The position numbers and the translations under genes were made by a program. From NCBI GenBank assembly GCA_977017575.1, contig CDRNVI010000212.1, positions 1 to 41,830 of the forward strand: a stretch of 41,830 bases of DNA. Direction: 5' to 3'. The notes beneath the pieces are model-generated. The model had not been told where the DNA came from and searched no databases. It worked only from the letters and a program-made list of their open reading frames with translations. This stretch comes from Paramoeba atlantica. Taxonomy: Eukaryota > Protista > Discosea. Numbering within the stretch: position 1 is the first letter of the stretch; every line of letters begins with the position of its first letter. Positions 1-10,505 of the stretch are shown here, piece after piece.

Positions 1-713
1 CCTAAACCCTAAACCCTAAACCTAAACCCTAAACCCTAAACCCTAAACCCTAAACCCTAAACCCTAAACCCTAAACCCTAAACCCTAAACCCTAAACCCT
101 AAACCCTAAACCCTAAACCCTAAACCCTAAACCCTAAACCCTAAACCCTAAACCCTAAACCCTAAACCCTAAACCCTAAACCCTAAACCCTAAACCCTAA
201 ACCCTAAACCCTAAACCCTAAACCCTAAACCCTAAACCCTAAACCCTAAACCCTAAACCCTAAACCCTAAACCCTAAACCCTAAACCCTAAACCCTAAAC
301 CCTAAACCCTAAACCCTAAACCCTAAACCCTAAACCCTAAACCCTAAACCCTAAACCCTAAACCCTAAACCCTAAACCCTAAACCCTAAACCCTAAACCC
401 TAAACCCTAAACCCTAAACCCTAAACCCTAAACCCTAAACCCTAAACCCTAAACCCTAAACCCTAAACCCTAAACCCTAAACCCTAAACCCTAAACCCTA
501 AACCCTAAACCCTAAACCCTAAACCCTAAACCCTAAACCCTAAACCCTAAACCCTAAACCCTAAACCCTAAACCCTAAACCCTAAACCCTAAACCCTAAA
601 CCCTAAACCCTAAACCCTAAACCCTAAACCCTAAACCCTAAACCCTAAACCCTAAACCCTAAACCCTAAACCCTAAACCCTAAACCCTAAACCCTAAACC
701 CTAAACCCTAAAA
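1..713. repeat. Telomere, (CCCTAAA)n = (TTTAGGG)n plant-type repeat
   Basis: Uninterrupted heptamer array from the window start with the C-rich strand outward, as expected for a left chromosome end; one CCTAAA variant near position 21. Confidence 0.98.
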
Positions 714-1005
714 AAGCTCTCCAAAATTGCATTAGATCGAACCAACGACCTTCGCGTGAGCCACAATTACACTCTTGACAGCTTCTCAAAAGCCATCTGT
801 CGTCTTGTTGGGGTGGATCAGCGAAATGAAGATTGGAATATCGTTGCCCAACGTGCCTGTGAAGTGTTTGATCGAGCTCCACGTATTCCTACCTTTCTTT
901 TAGGCCCAGCAACAGTCAACAAAGAGCCAAGGAAAAGAGCCGAGAGAAAGACTGCTGAACGTCATACCGGACCTCGAGTGACAGCAGGTGATTTAAAAGT
1001 TGAAC
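714..1005 (+). pseudogene. NSE4: Fragment of an Nse4/EID3-like SMC5/6 kleisin gene, truncated at both ends
   Basis: The frame of ORF 756..1088 stays open back to the telomere junction: KLSKIALDRTNDLRVSHNYTLDSFSKAICRLV...DWNIVAQRACEVFDRAPRIPTFLLGPATVNKEPRKRAERK. This resembles the Nse3-binding segment and the W..F.RAP...F.LGP..K.RKR motif of Nse4. There is no ATG, and composition switches to AT-rich non-coding DNA after ~1005. Confidence 0.65.
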
Positions 1006-1439
1006 AATATTTTATCCATCCTATCAAATTTTCAATAAAATTGGAGAGACAAAATTTCACTCCAAAAAATCAAAAAAATTTTTACTAAGTCAAAAAATAT
1101 ACCCATTTACCCTACTTGTTGATCATTTATCTCTATCAAATGAAGGAATTGAAAAAATATTTATATGACCCAATTCAAAAACATGTTGGCTTCTCTTCAA
1201 ATTTTAATTTTTTCTTCCTGAATCCATCCTCATAGAAAGATAGAGTACTTTCAAATATGTAAATTTCCTTATTTAGTCAATTTTTTCATATCAATTAAAA
1301 AGCTCCAAATGATGAAAAATGAATGATGGAAGATAAATCCTATTCAATAAAGGTTTTTTTAAACATATTATCAACCTTAAATCAATTTTTTGATTTCTAA
1401 CATGATTTTATTAACACATTACAAAAAGTATTTTTTCAA

Positions 1440-2160
1440 AAGTATGCTTACATAAAAGGTCTATAAAAATCTCTCAATATCAAAAAATGAAAAATAAAAG
1501 TAATAAAGTAGTGTAAAAACATCAAATGAATTTTATAATAAAGAAAATCAATTTGAGATTTATCTATTTTGTTTTTATGTAGGGAGCAATAATATTATTT
1601 GTTATAATAGGGAAACAGAGCCAAAAGTTCCAAAAGTATGTTTACAAAAGGATGCTGTAAAAATCTCTCAATATTAAAAAATGAAAAATAAAAATAATAG
1701 GGTAGTGTAAAAACATGAAATTAATCTATATTTAAAGAAAACTTTGAAAAATTTTATATATTCCCCTATTATGTAGGTACCAATTCATTGATGTTTTTTT
1801 ATATGTAAAATACATAGAAAAAATACTCATATTTTTGGACTCTATAAAAATCTCTCAAAATGAAAAAATGAAAAATGAAAGTAATAGAGTAGTGTAAAAA
1901 CATGAAATTAATCTATGTTTAAGGAAAACCATGAAAAATTTTATATATAACCTGATAATGTAGGGAGGAGATTAAAATTATATGTTTGTATGTAAAAATC
2001 ATATAAATGTTTTCTCAATTATTTTTGTTCTATGAGACAAAATCAAAAATCTGGCTGGTCCAAGTTTTAGAAAATAGTTTTTTTTATTATGTTATCAAAA
2101 AAAATAAGTCCCAACTCACTTGTTTCCTCAATATGTAGGGTGCCACTTTAAAGTCCTATC
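1440..2160. repeat. Subtelomeric AT-rich satellite, ~190-bp unit, 3 full and 1 partial degenerate copies
   Basis: CT(A/G)TAAAAATCTCTCAA...GTAGTGTAAAAACAT recurs at ~1461, ~1655 and ~1842; ATGTAGG recurs at ~1578, ~1771, ~1959 and ~2133. Confidence 0.85.
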
Positions 2161-2335
2161 ATTATATGTGAATTTCATACATAAGACCTCTTTGTAAACT
2201 GTCTATAACTTTTTGTGACATATTTGGATTTTAAAAAAAAATATGCCATTAGGAAGACAAAAATGAGGCGCATCTTTCTACCAGTCTCGATTTTCCGAAT
2301 TGTAAAAAAAAGTGGTTCAAAACGAAGTAATTAGG

Positions 2336-2348
2336 CCCTAAACCCTAA
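2336..2348. repeat. Interstitial telomere motif CCCTAAACCCTAA at the copia truncation point
   Basis: Same orientation as the terminal array; directly abuts the TAA ending the RT frame (2349-2351); embedded in the inverted repeat TAATTAGG...CCTAATTA. Confidence 0.75.
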
Positions 2349-5300
2349 TTAGTCATGATCTTCAGTGTGGGTGTTCAAGAAGCGAGAGCATTGGGAAACA
2401 GCATATGAAATATCAGGGTGAGTTTTCATCAACCAAATTAGAGAACCAACAAGACTTGCATAGGGAAAATCAGTAGGGGGTTCATCAGGCTTAGACATAG
2501 GCAAAACTTTACTCACAGCAGGAGTATCACTCTTTCTTATTTTGTGGCAGTCAAAACTCTCCAATAAATTGTTGAGGAAGGCACACTGATTGAGAGAAAT
2601 TTCTTTGTGATTTTGTTTCACACCACAACCAAGGAACCAGGAGCATTTTCCACTAGGCTTCCACTTGAATCTTTCAATCAGTTTGGAGTAAATCTCTTCA
2701 TGGAGCTTTGGACAAGTACAAACATCCAAATTATCATCAACAACAGTTGGAAATAAACAGAAGTTTCCATCAGGTTCAACATGAATGTAAAGATTGGGAT
2801 CAGCAGTCAAACAATGGAATTGCAGCTCTTCAATAAGAAATTTTCGAAAAATCAGATTCCAACATTGTCCAGCAATTGGCACACCATAGAGAGCTTTGTT
2901 CAATCGACAGAGATATTTGGGATGTTCAGGATCTTCGAAACCTTTGGGTTGAGTGACATAATAAACAATATCGCCATCAGGAATGTCAGCTTGGATATAG
3001 GCATTTGGGACATCTCCAGAATTCACATCAAGGTCAAACATAGCAGCAATAGCAAATGTCAAATTGAGAGATTCAGTGGTTGCAGTTCCAGCATAATTAT
3101 CTTCTTGGTCAAAATTGGGATCTTTCGCAAGACTATATTTTACACAAGAACCGTTTGCACAAAATCGAGCTTTGAACTTGAATATTACTCCATTTTCAGT
3201 CTTAATTCGAAATCGCCACAGGCCTTGCATAATAATGTGTTTCTTTCCATCCTTGGGGAACTTTGGGGGAGGAAGCACCAATTCCCAAGTCTTATTTTCA
3301 ATATAAGCATCATATTCTCTTTTGCAGGCTTGTTTCCATTCTTCTTTTTCATTTGAACAGGTGGCTTACTTGTAGGATCGAGGGGTAACTTTGTCATTAA
3401 CAACTTGGTCAGCATGGAAGGCATAGTTAAGGAAATCAAGATCTTTGTAACCATGGTCAGGTTCACCTAACGTATTCCAAGGTATTTTCAGGGCACTGAA
3501 CGCTTTTCCAATGGCGCTATGTTGGTAGTCAAGGTCTTGGAAGCAAGCAAAGTGTCTTACTTCTTCAGCTGCATCATCAGATTTATTTGGTTCAGAGATG
3601 TTAATTTCATCATCAGGTTGAAATTGAATAATAAGATTGAAATCAACTTCAAAATCAGTTTCAGAGTTGTATGTAGAGGAAGAGTAAGGAGATGCAGATT
3701 GGTCTGCATGGTCATAAGGGTCAGAATCATGATCATTTGATGGATAATTGAACATTTCATAATTATCAAGGTCAATTGGCAATTCAGGTTCATTTTCGTC
3801 AGCAGAGTCATAATCAGTTCCTTCACTTTCTTCATCCTTCATATCTAATTCTATCATTTGAGGGAGAATTTCAGAATCAAGGGTTGCAGCAGCTTGAGCA
3901 GGATCAACAATTGGAGAAGAAGAGGAACTAGAAGAGGAACAAGAAGAACAAGAGGAAGATGTAGGTGTGTAAGAACCATCGCTTTGAGTAAAATTGGGAG
4001 GAGGCATACTGAGAAGCACTATCTCATCATCATCATCATCACTGTACACATTCGTACTGTGGGTTTTCTCATTCAAAGCAGTATGTTTTGAATGTAAGTT
4101 TACAGGAGCAGGAGTGGAATGGTCTATTCCATTCTCTCTTTCAACATCAACAGGGTAATCATCATCAATTACAATTTTCAGCAGAATCGTCAGGATTCTC
4201 ATGTACACAATCCACGGGATTTGTGTTTGTCCTCAGAACGTCATCACGGTCTGATAATTTCGAAAAATCAACGAATTTTTCATTCAAATAAGTATCAAAA
4301 TAGTGTGGGATATTCCCTCTATCAATACGCTTCAACAGGTTCGAAACACCAAAGACATATTCATCAAATACCACACTTGAACTTTCAAAAATAGTTTTCT
4401 TTACAGGGTCATACAAAATATAACCATTAATTTTTTCTGAAGGGCCAAGATAGATCACAGGGCGTGCTTTAGGCATCAGTTTGGTTCTGTTCTTTCAGGA
4501 AATGTGTGCAAAAGCATGACAACCAAAAGGGTGGATCAACTCAATATTGGGTTTGTGACCATACAGCTTCTGGAAGGGGGAAATTTCTTCACCTTCTTTC
4601 ACAATGTAGGAGCTTACAACACTTGCAAGTTTTTCAGTATAATTCCAAAATTGTTTAGGCAATCCAGCATGGATTCGAATCACTTGAGCAGTGTTCCATC
4701 GAGTCTCATTTGCACATTCAGCAACACCATTTTCAGTAGAATCATCTCTACTAGAAAATCTGATATGAATTCCTTTCTCAGCGCAATATTGTCCAATTTT
4801 CATTGCAGGACCAACAAATTCTCAAGCACCATCACATTGAATGATTTTGACCTTCACATCCAATTGTCTTTGAAGCTTTGCAATCAGATTGATCAGCACT
4901 TCGCCAGCATCACTCTTTTTCTTGAGGAATTCAGATAAATCCATCTTGGAGTAGTCTTCAACAACTGAGAGAGAGTATTTGTTCTTCCGATAAGAAAGTA
5001 CATTTTTCTCATGGTTGTCAATGTGCAACATTTCACCGAGTTTTCGTTTTGTTCTCGTACCAGGAGTATGACTCTTCTTTTTCGCTTTGGCCAACTCACA
5101 AGCAGTACAAACATTTTGATCTATTCTCAATCTGTGATATTGCAGGGGCAAACCGTCAACCGCACGAGCATTAATAGTCTTTTTCAAACCAGAAAAATGA
5201 CACAATCTATTATGCCAATATTTCCATTCTTTCTCACGGGTAGGACAGAGGATTCTATGGATTCTTTTCTTGCGGAGAGATTGAGATGAAGAAGCATCCT

Positions 5301-7005
5301 CAGGAGTTTCATTTTTGGAGTGAGTAACTTCTTCAGCAGCATAAGATTGTTGATAGTTGGTTCAATTGGGTAAAGCCAAATAATACAAGCCATTGTTCTG
5401 TGGACCACTCAAAATCGTCTGGGAATCGCTTAAATTGATCTTCTTTTTCATCACACAAATTTGGTCAGAATCCAAAACAACAGAAGCATCCCAAGTTTCA
5501 CACATGTGAGCCACAGAGAGAAGATTCATTTCACAATTGGGGACTACAGAGACATCTTGAAGAGGCGGCAAATCAAAATGAATTGCCAAGTCACCTTGCA
5601 TTGTAACAGGAATCAAATCACCATTCGCTTGCTTGATGTTTATGGACATTGCGGGTGGAGCGTTTCTTGTTGTGAGATTTGGATCATTCACAATTGTGTT
5701 TGAACAAGCTGAATCAGCAAGAGCAGTTGCTCCATTTGATTGTCTTGCAACAAAAGCAGATTGAATCAAAGATTGAGAAGAAGAAACAAGAGCAGAAACG
5801 CAACAAGAGTAAACAGAAATATTGATTTTATTCATTTTCATCTTCCAAGCATTGATTTTTTGAACAAAAGCATTGAAATTCACCTTGGCTTGTTGTCCCA
5901 CAGCACTTTGGTTTGCTGGGTTTGTGTTGCAACCTTTCACAATGTGACTGGTGGCACCACAACGAAAACAGGCTTTAGCTGGAGGGGTGGGAGGATCTTC
6001 CCATCCAGGGTAATTTCAAAACTGGTTGCACGTTTGAGGAGTAGGAATTAGGGGACTATGGCAAGGAGGGCCATTTCCTTGTCTTCTTTGGTGAGGAGGG
6101 ACAACATTTCCTTGTTGATTAGGATTGGTAGCAGGGTTATTCTTCTTCTGAAAAGCAACATAAGCAGCAACATTCTCTTTGGTCTTCAAGGCTTGTTTCT
6201 TCTTGTTGGTGCTGGAGCAACTACCTTCAATTTCTTTTAACTCCAAGAAAGCACTCTCCACTGTCCACTCTCCCACTCTAAGCAATCCCTGAAAGGTTTC
6301 CCAATGTTGTTGTGGCATGGAATCTTGAATGTAATCCAATTTCTTGTTCATTGGTATTGGTTTCCCTTTCAACGCTTCAACGTGAAGAAATAACTCCTTC
6401 AGTCTCAACTCAAAACTAGAGATTGTCTCATTTTCTCTGATACAACAATCCTCTAACTTACTTTTCACTTCTTTCATGTTGTGAACAATTATGGTACTCA
6501 GATTTAAGATCAATATGTCCCAAATAATTTTTGATGTTCTTCTCTTCAAATTGCTAAGATACCCCTTTGCTCGACCAACACAAGCCTTATTCAGTAAGTT
6601 TGTAAGATTCATTTGATTGTCCATACAGTTATTGAAACATCTTTGGTTGATTTGCTGCTTGTACTCCAATTTCTCTTTGTGTCTTGCCTCCAACTCCTTT
6701 CTTTTTGCCAAAATTCTTTTCTTCTCAGCTTCTCCCATTTTTTCTGTAACCTCCTCCATCTCTTCCTCAAACTTGATTAGAACAGGTTCACCTGTAGGAA
6801 CTTTGTTGAGGAATAGATGATGAATGAGATTTTGGGTGCTGAGCCGAATGAGCATCTCTTTTTGCCAGAGCATGAATTCAATGGTGGATTCACCTTTGAG
6901 TTCATTAATCTCGAGTGCACCCTTCCACGTCTTGTTCTTTGGTTCAAATTCTGGCCAATCTACTACTCTGTAATCATCTTCCATAGTTGAGGATGTGGCA
7001 AACAT
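2349..7005 (-). pseudogene. Copia gag-pol polyprotein with 5 in-frame stops and 1 frameshift
   Basis: The ORF-track pieces join in one frame across TGA at 6016, 5362, 4822 and 4495. A frameshift near 4170-4210 follows, then a TAA at 3366 in frame with the RT ORF. Confidence 0.9.
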
Positions 7006-7316
7006 AAAAGAGCGAGAGAGAAAAGCAAGAAACAGCGACGGGAGAAGATGGGTGAGAAAAACTGATAAAACCACACAAAATTGTGAAAACACATGATTAA
7101 AACAAACAGAAAAACAGGCAAAAGGAACGAGAGAGCAAGAGCAATAAAAAGAAATCAAGTGGAGTTGTTGAACGAATGAGAGAATGGGTGCAAACGAGTG
7201 AAAACAAAAACAAAAACAAAAAACAAAAAAACAGAAAATAAAACAAAAATAAAACAAAAAATAAAACAAAAAAAAGTGTAAAACACTGAAGTTCTACTGA
7301 TAACAAGATCAGGCAA

Positions 7317-7335
7317 AGAGCCTAGACTCTTAATC
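7317..7335 (-). promoter_or_regulatory. Primer-binding site complementary to the 5' half (anticodon arm) of tRNA-Lys(CUU)
   Basis: The plus strand reads AGAGCCTAGA-CT-CTT-AA-TC, the tRNA-Lys(CUU) anticodon stem-loop. On the element strand GATTAAGAGTCTAGGCTCT directly follows the LTR-terminal CA. Confidence 0.75.
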
Positions 7336-7585
7336 TGTCAAGTGGCGGGGTTTGGTGGAAGAAGATTGCTGAGAAAAGAAAAGAAAGGTGCAAACTTCAT
7401 TCCATGGTGAGAGCCGGGAACGTGAAAAAAAACAAAATCTCTCACGTGTTTATTTACAAACAGGTTTCAAGCACATATTTAACAATGTGACACCAAGTGC
7501 AAAAACAGAGAAACACACACAAATAAAAGCACACATAAGAGATACAAAGACACAACAAGTTTAAGGAAGGGAACAACAGATGACA
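7336..7585 (-). repeat. Candidate 5' LTR (250 bp) of the copia element
   Basis: Bounded by TGTCA...TGACA inverted termini, contains AATAAA on the element strand (7449-7454) and adjoins the PBS. No second copy is available to confirm the outer boundary. Confidence 0.65.
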
Positions 7586-7727
7586 TCAGCACAAATAAAT
7601 TCATGGGCTGAAAGATCAGAATATGGAGAATAAACTATGCAATCAAATTGGGTCTGAAATAGGGCAAAGGTATTCTTGAAGGCACAATTCAATGATTGAT
7701 CAATATTTCGGTGTGTAGTTGTCAGAT

Positions 7728-8702
7728 TCAGATGGAACTAGCACCATTCGAAAGAGGAAGATGAGGCACTTCAGGATAGCACAACTCGTGATCATAGAAT
7801 TCACAAATGATGTTCTCCATTAAGTCAAACATTCTTCAAACCAAGAATACTGATATTCTAACACTTTGAATATGACCATGTTTTCCACAATAATAACACT
7901 TCCTTGAGCCCCCAGATCCAGAACTTACGTTTGCAAAACTGTGAAATGATTCTGCTTGAAAGCCATATTCTTCTAGAAAATGCCAAGGTGTTTTGTTAAG
8001 ATTAAAATTCTCAAACTTACTTTCAAAAACATCACAATATTTTGGAAACAGAGCATGATACAGAATACTCTTTGCATCAGCCAAATCAAGTTCTATATTC
8101 AATACCTCTAAATACATCTCAAGCCAATTCATAAATGGCTTGATCCTCTCAAAAGGCTTCTGTTTCACATCCCTTGCAGCTATACAAATTTTTTCTCACC
8201 ACTCAGCACCGAGATTATCTTGAAACAGAAAAGTAATAATATTTGAAACACCCATAGTAGAGTAATCCATTCTCTGAAGACTTAACTTTGAATCTCCAGA
8301 AATTGCTTCAAACAAGTAACGATGCCAAAGACTCCTATCTTCGACATTATTTCTCATTTTCCAGTAGAAATCACTTTGAAAAAACAAAAGTTTTTCAACA
8401 TCATCACACAGTGTGTTTAACTTCAGAAGACCCTTCACAGTCTTAAAAGTTCAACTACAATCCTCCATCTCCTGTGTCATCTGAGACAGAGTTCTTCTCA
8501 ACATTGCATCCTGGGAATTGGATACTTCTTGCTCATCAGCCTGAAGATGACTCCTCTCCCTGCCTGTGTTCCAAGCAGAAACTGGTCGTACGACCACATC
8601 TCTATCATATAGAGCTGTCAAACTGCTTGTCTGCCATGGCCTACCTATACCACTATTTTCTGAACAAGATCTCCCAACACTCACATCAGGTAGAAAATTC
8701 AT
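7728..8702 (-). pseudogene. Gag-like ORF relic of a second retroelement, with a zinc-knuckle remnant
   Basis: ORFs 8451..8702, 8196..8438 and 7836..8168 are one frame interrupted only by TGA (8451, 8196, 7836). It has an MHR-like DVKQKPFERIKPF segment and CYYCGKHGH (7872-7898). Upstream lie a T-rich leader and TGTCA|GGTTGTGAG (9227-9214), which resembles an LTR end plus PBS. Confidence 0.6.
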
Positions 8703-9599
8703 TCAACAACAACTATCTTCCGTTCTCTTCCAAAAACAAAAAATACCATAGTACACATTCAAGGAGAATAATAGGAAGAACATTACCCAAGGAAAAATAT
8801 AATTAAAGTCTCTCTCCCTCACATCTTCCCACATCCTCACAAGAAGACCCAACCAAAACATTCCCTCTTGAAGATAAGGCAACATAGAAATATCATCACT
8901 CACAGCTAATGTACAACCGAAAATAAATGGAAAAAGAACCAAAACACAGAAGCAGAGCAAACTTCCGAAAAAAAGTACAGAGTGGTGCATCTCTACTACT
9001 AATACAAACAGAACAAGGAAACAGATCAGTTTAAATCTCCTAAATTTACTATGATATCTACAACTTCTGCTCAAAGCACAACAAAAGCAATACAAACCAA
9101 ATTCATGACAAAACACAAATTTAGGCAAAACAAAACACTCCCTAATCAGGAAAACGCAGAGGAAACAACAAAACAACATCAAATCAAGAAGCATCTTCAA
9201 GAGTCAAAACACTCTCACAACCTGACAGGGTGAAAGAGCATAAACTTTCTTTTGTTCTTTTTGGCTTTTGGAACACATTTAATAAAAGACATTGAACCAA
9301 GCTTGTTCTTTCTTTGTTCTTTGTTCTTGTTCTCTGTTCTTGTCTCTATCTCCATACTATTCCATAGAGGACTCAACTAAAACCCAATGGGAAAACTGGT
9401 GCTCAAAGTTAAAAAGAAAAGAAAAGTTGCTTGCTCAAAAAACCAATTGGTGGAAAAATAGCTAACTCAAAAAGAAGATAAACAATTGAAAGTAGAAGAT
9501 CAGTTGTTGTGAGGAAACTTGGCCTCCAGGAAAAAACCTCACCAGAATGTTTGTTTGTGAAAACAAGGCACTGTTGTTGTTTCAATTCAAAGAACAAAT

Positions 9600-10470
9600 G
9601 TTCAATCTCAGTATTGAAAGTGAGTGTGAGTTCTGAAAATCAAAACCAGCATCACCAATGAACACATCTACTTTGGTACAGATTAAAGAAGGTGTGTTAG
9701 AAATATGTTGAATGGACAACTGAAGAGTGGTCCTCAGAAGTCTCACGAAAAAGTGAGAAACTTTCTGATGACATCATCAATGGTGTTCTTTATTTAGATT
9801 CACAGAAGGTTGACTTGGAGGAGATCAAAGGTCAACTTGAAGGAGATTGGGAATTGACTTGGAGAAGATCAAGAGTCAGATCAAACAAATAGAACAGAGA
9901 ACCAAGTGTCTTCAGAGTAGTGCACATTGCTTGTGTGCACCTTTCATCTCCTTCACCAATGGAAGTAACCTCTGAACCTGAAAAGGAAACTTCTCTCACA
10001 CCTCCTACTGAACCTGGAGAGAACATTCTCATCTTGGGGGAGGGTGCACATGAGGAACATGTGCCTAGCTGATTATCTCTGAACAGAACTTGAAACTCTT
10101 TCTTTTCTTCCAACATGAATGAATGAAAACAAATGCTAATTTAAGAACTTTAAACCTTTTGGAACCCTGCAACTTGTATTTGCTTTATTTGGATTATTTA
10201 TGTTTGCAGATTATTTATTTGGCCCCTTCTTCTGAACTGTTTCACTGAAATCTCTGAGTTCTCTTGGATTGTTTTAAGAACACTGTGACTCATGTTCTTT
10301 CTTGATGAAATCAAAAGAATAAAAACACTTTTCAAATTCCAAATTCTGAATTGAAGATTAATATCCAAATGGAACAAGATCAACCCCAACAAGTGGAAGG
10401 TGCTGTTGAAGACCTTGAGATTGATGAACCAATTGAGGAGCCTGACCAAGAAACCAATGGTGCATAAACC
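9600..10470 (+). pseudogene. Unidentified decayed coding relic
   Basis: Protein-like frame HQ*THLLWYRLKKVC*KYVEWTTEEWSSEVSRKSEKLSDDIINGVLYLDSQKVDLEEIKGQLEGDWELTWRRSRVRSNK*NREPSVF...EEHVPS* with TGA/TAG interruptions, and an acidic tail (MEQDQPQQVEGAVEDLEIDEPIEEPDQETNGA*) near 10370-10467. No family recognised. Confidence 0.35.
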
Positions 10471-10505
10471 TAGAGGGTAGACTCTTTTTTCTTTATGGGT
10501 GCCCA

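Larger units (their letters stand above)
2349..7585 (-). mobile_element. Ty1/copia LTR retrotransposon, decayed and 3'-truncated (no RNase H, PPT or 3' LTR)
   Basis: Domain order is gag - CCHC knuckle (CFRCGATSHIVKGC, 5929-5970) - protease (ALADSAC..NLLSVA..G..NGLYYL) - pre-integrase (WHNRLCH..CTACELAK) - integrase core (ENGVAE, HPFGCHAFAH) - SH3-like (ARPVIYLG..GYILYD) - RVT_2 (DVPNAYIQ, LNKALYG, VVDDNL, YASLVGSLIWL..PDISYAVS). Integrase before RT is diagnostic of copia. Confidence 0.95.

Noticed and set aside
2781-3356. 191-aa plus-strand ORF and other antisense ORFs over the copia element
   Set aside because: These are shadow frames opposite RT and integrase with no recognisable motifs.
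6016-6018. Programmed gag-pol UGA readthrough as in Tca2
   Set aside because: The stop lies before the zinc knuckle rather than at the gag/pol boundary, and three similar TGAs occur further on; decay is the simpler explanation.
7305-7340. tRNA-Lys gene
   Set aside because: Only the anticodon arm matches; there is no acceptor stem or T-loop, and its position next to the LTR fits a PBS.
4495-8453. Alternative genetic code (TGA read as an amino acid) to explain the many in-frame TGAs
   Set aside because: Host genes here end in TGA (24248, 28226, 34126, 36312) and use TGG for Trp. The TGAs occur only in decayed elements, alongside other CpG-type changes.
8703-9200. Hydrophobic F/L/C/V-rich ORFs (also 7097..7306, the N-terminus of 6016..7269, 15810..16133, 25790..26089, 41031..41312) as membrane proteins
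   Set aside because: They are translations of T-rich leaders, polypyrimidine introns or the antisense of A-rich coding DNA.
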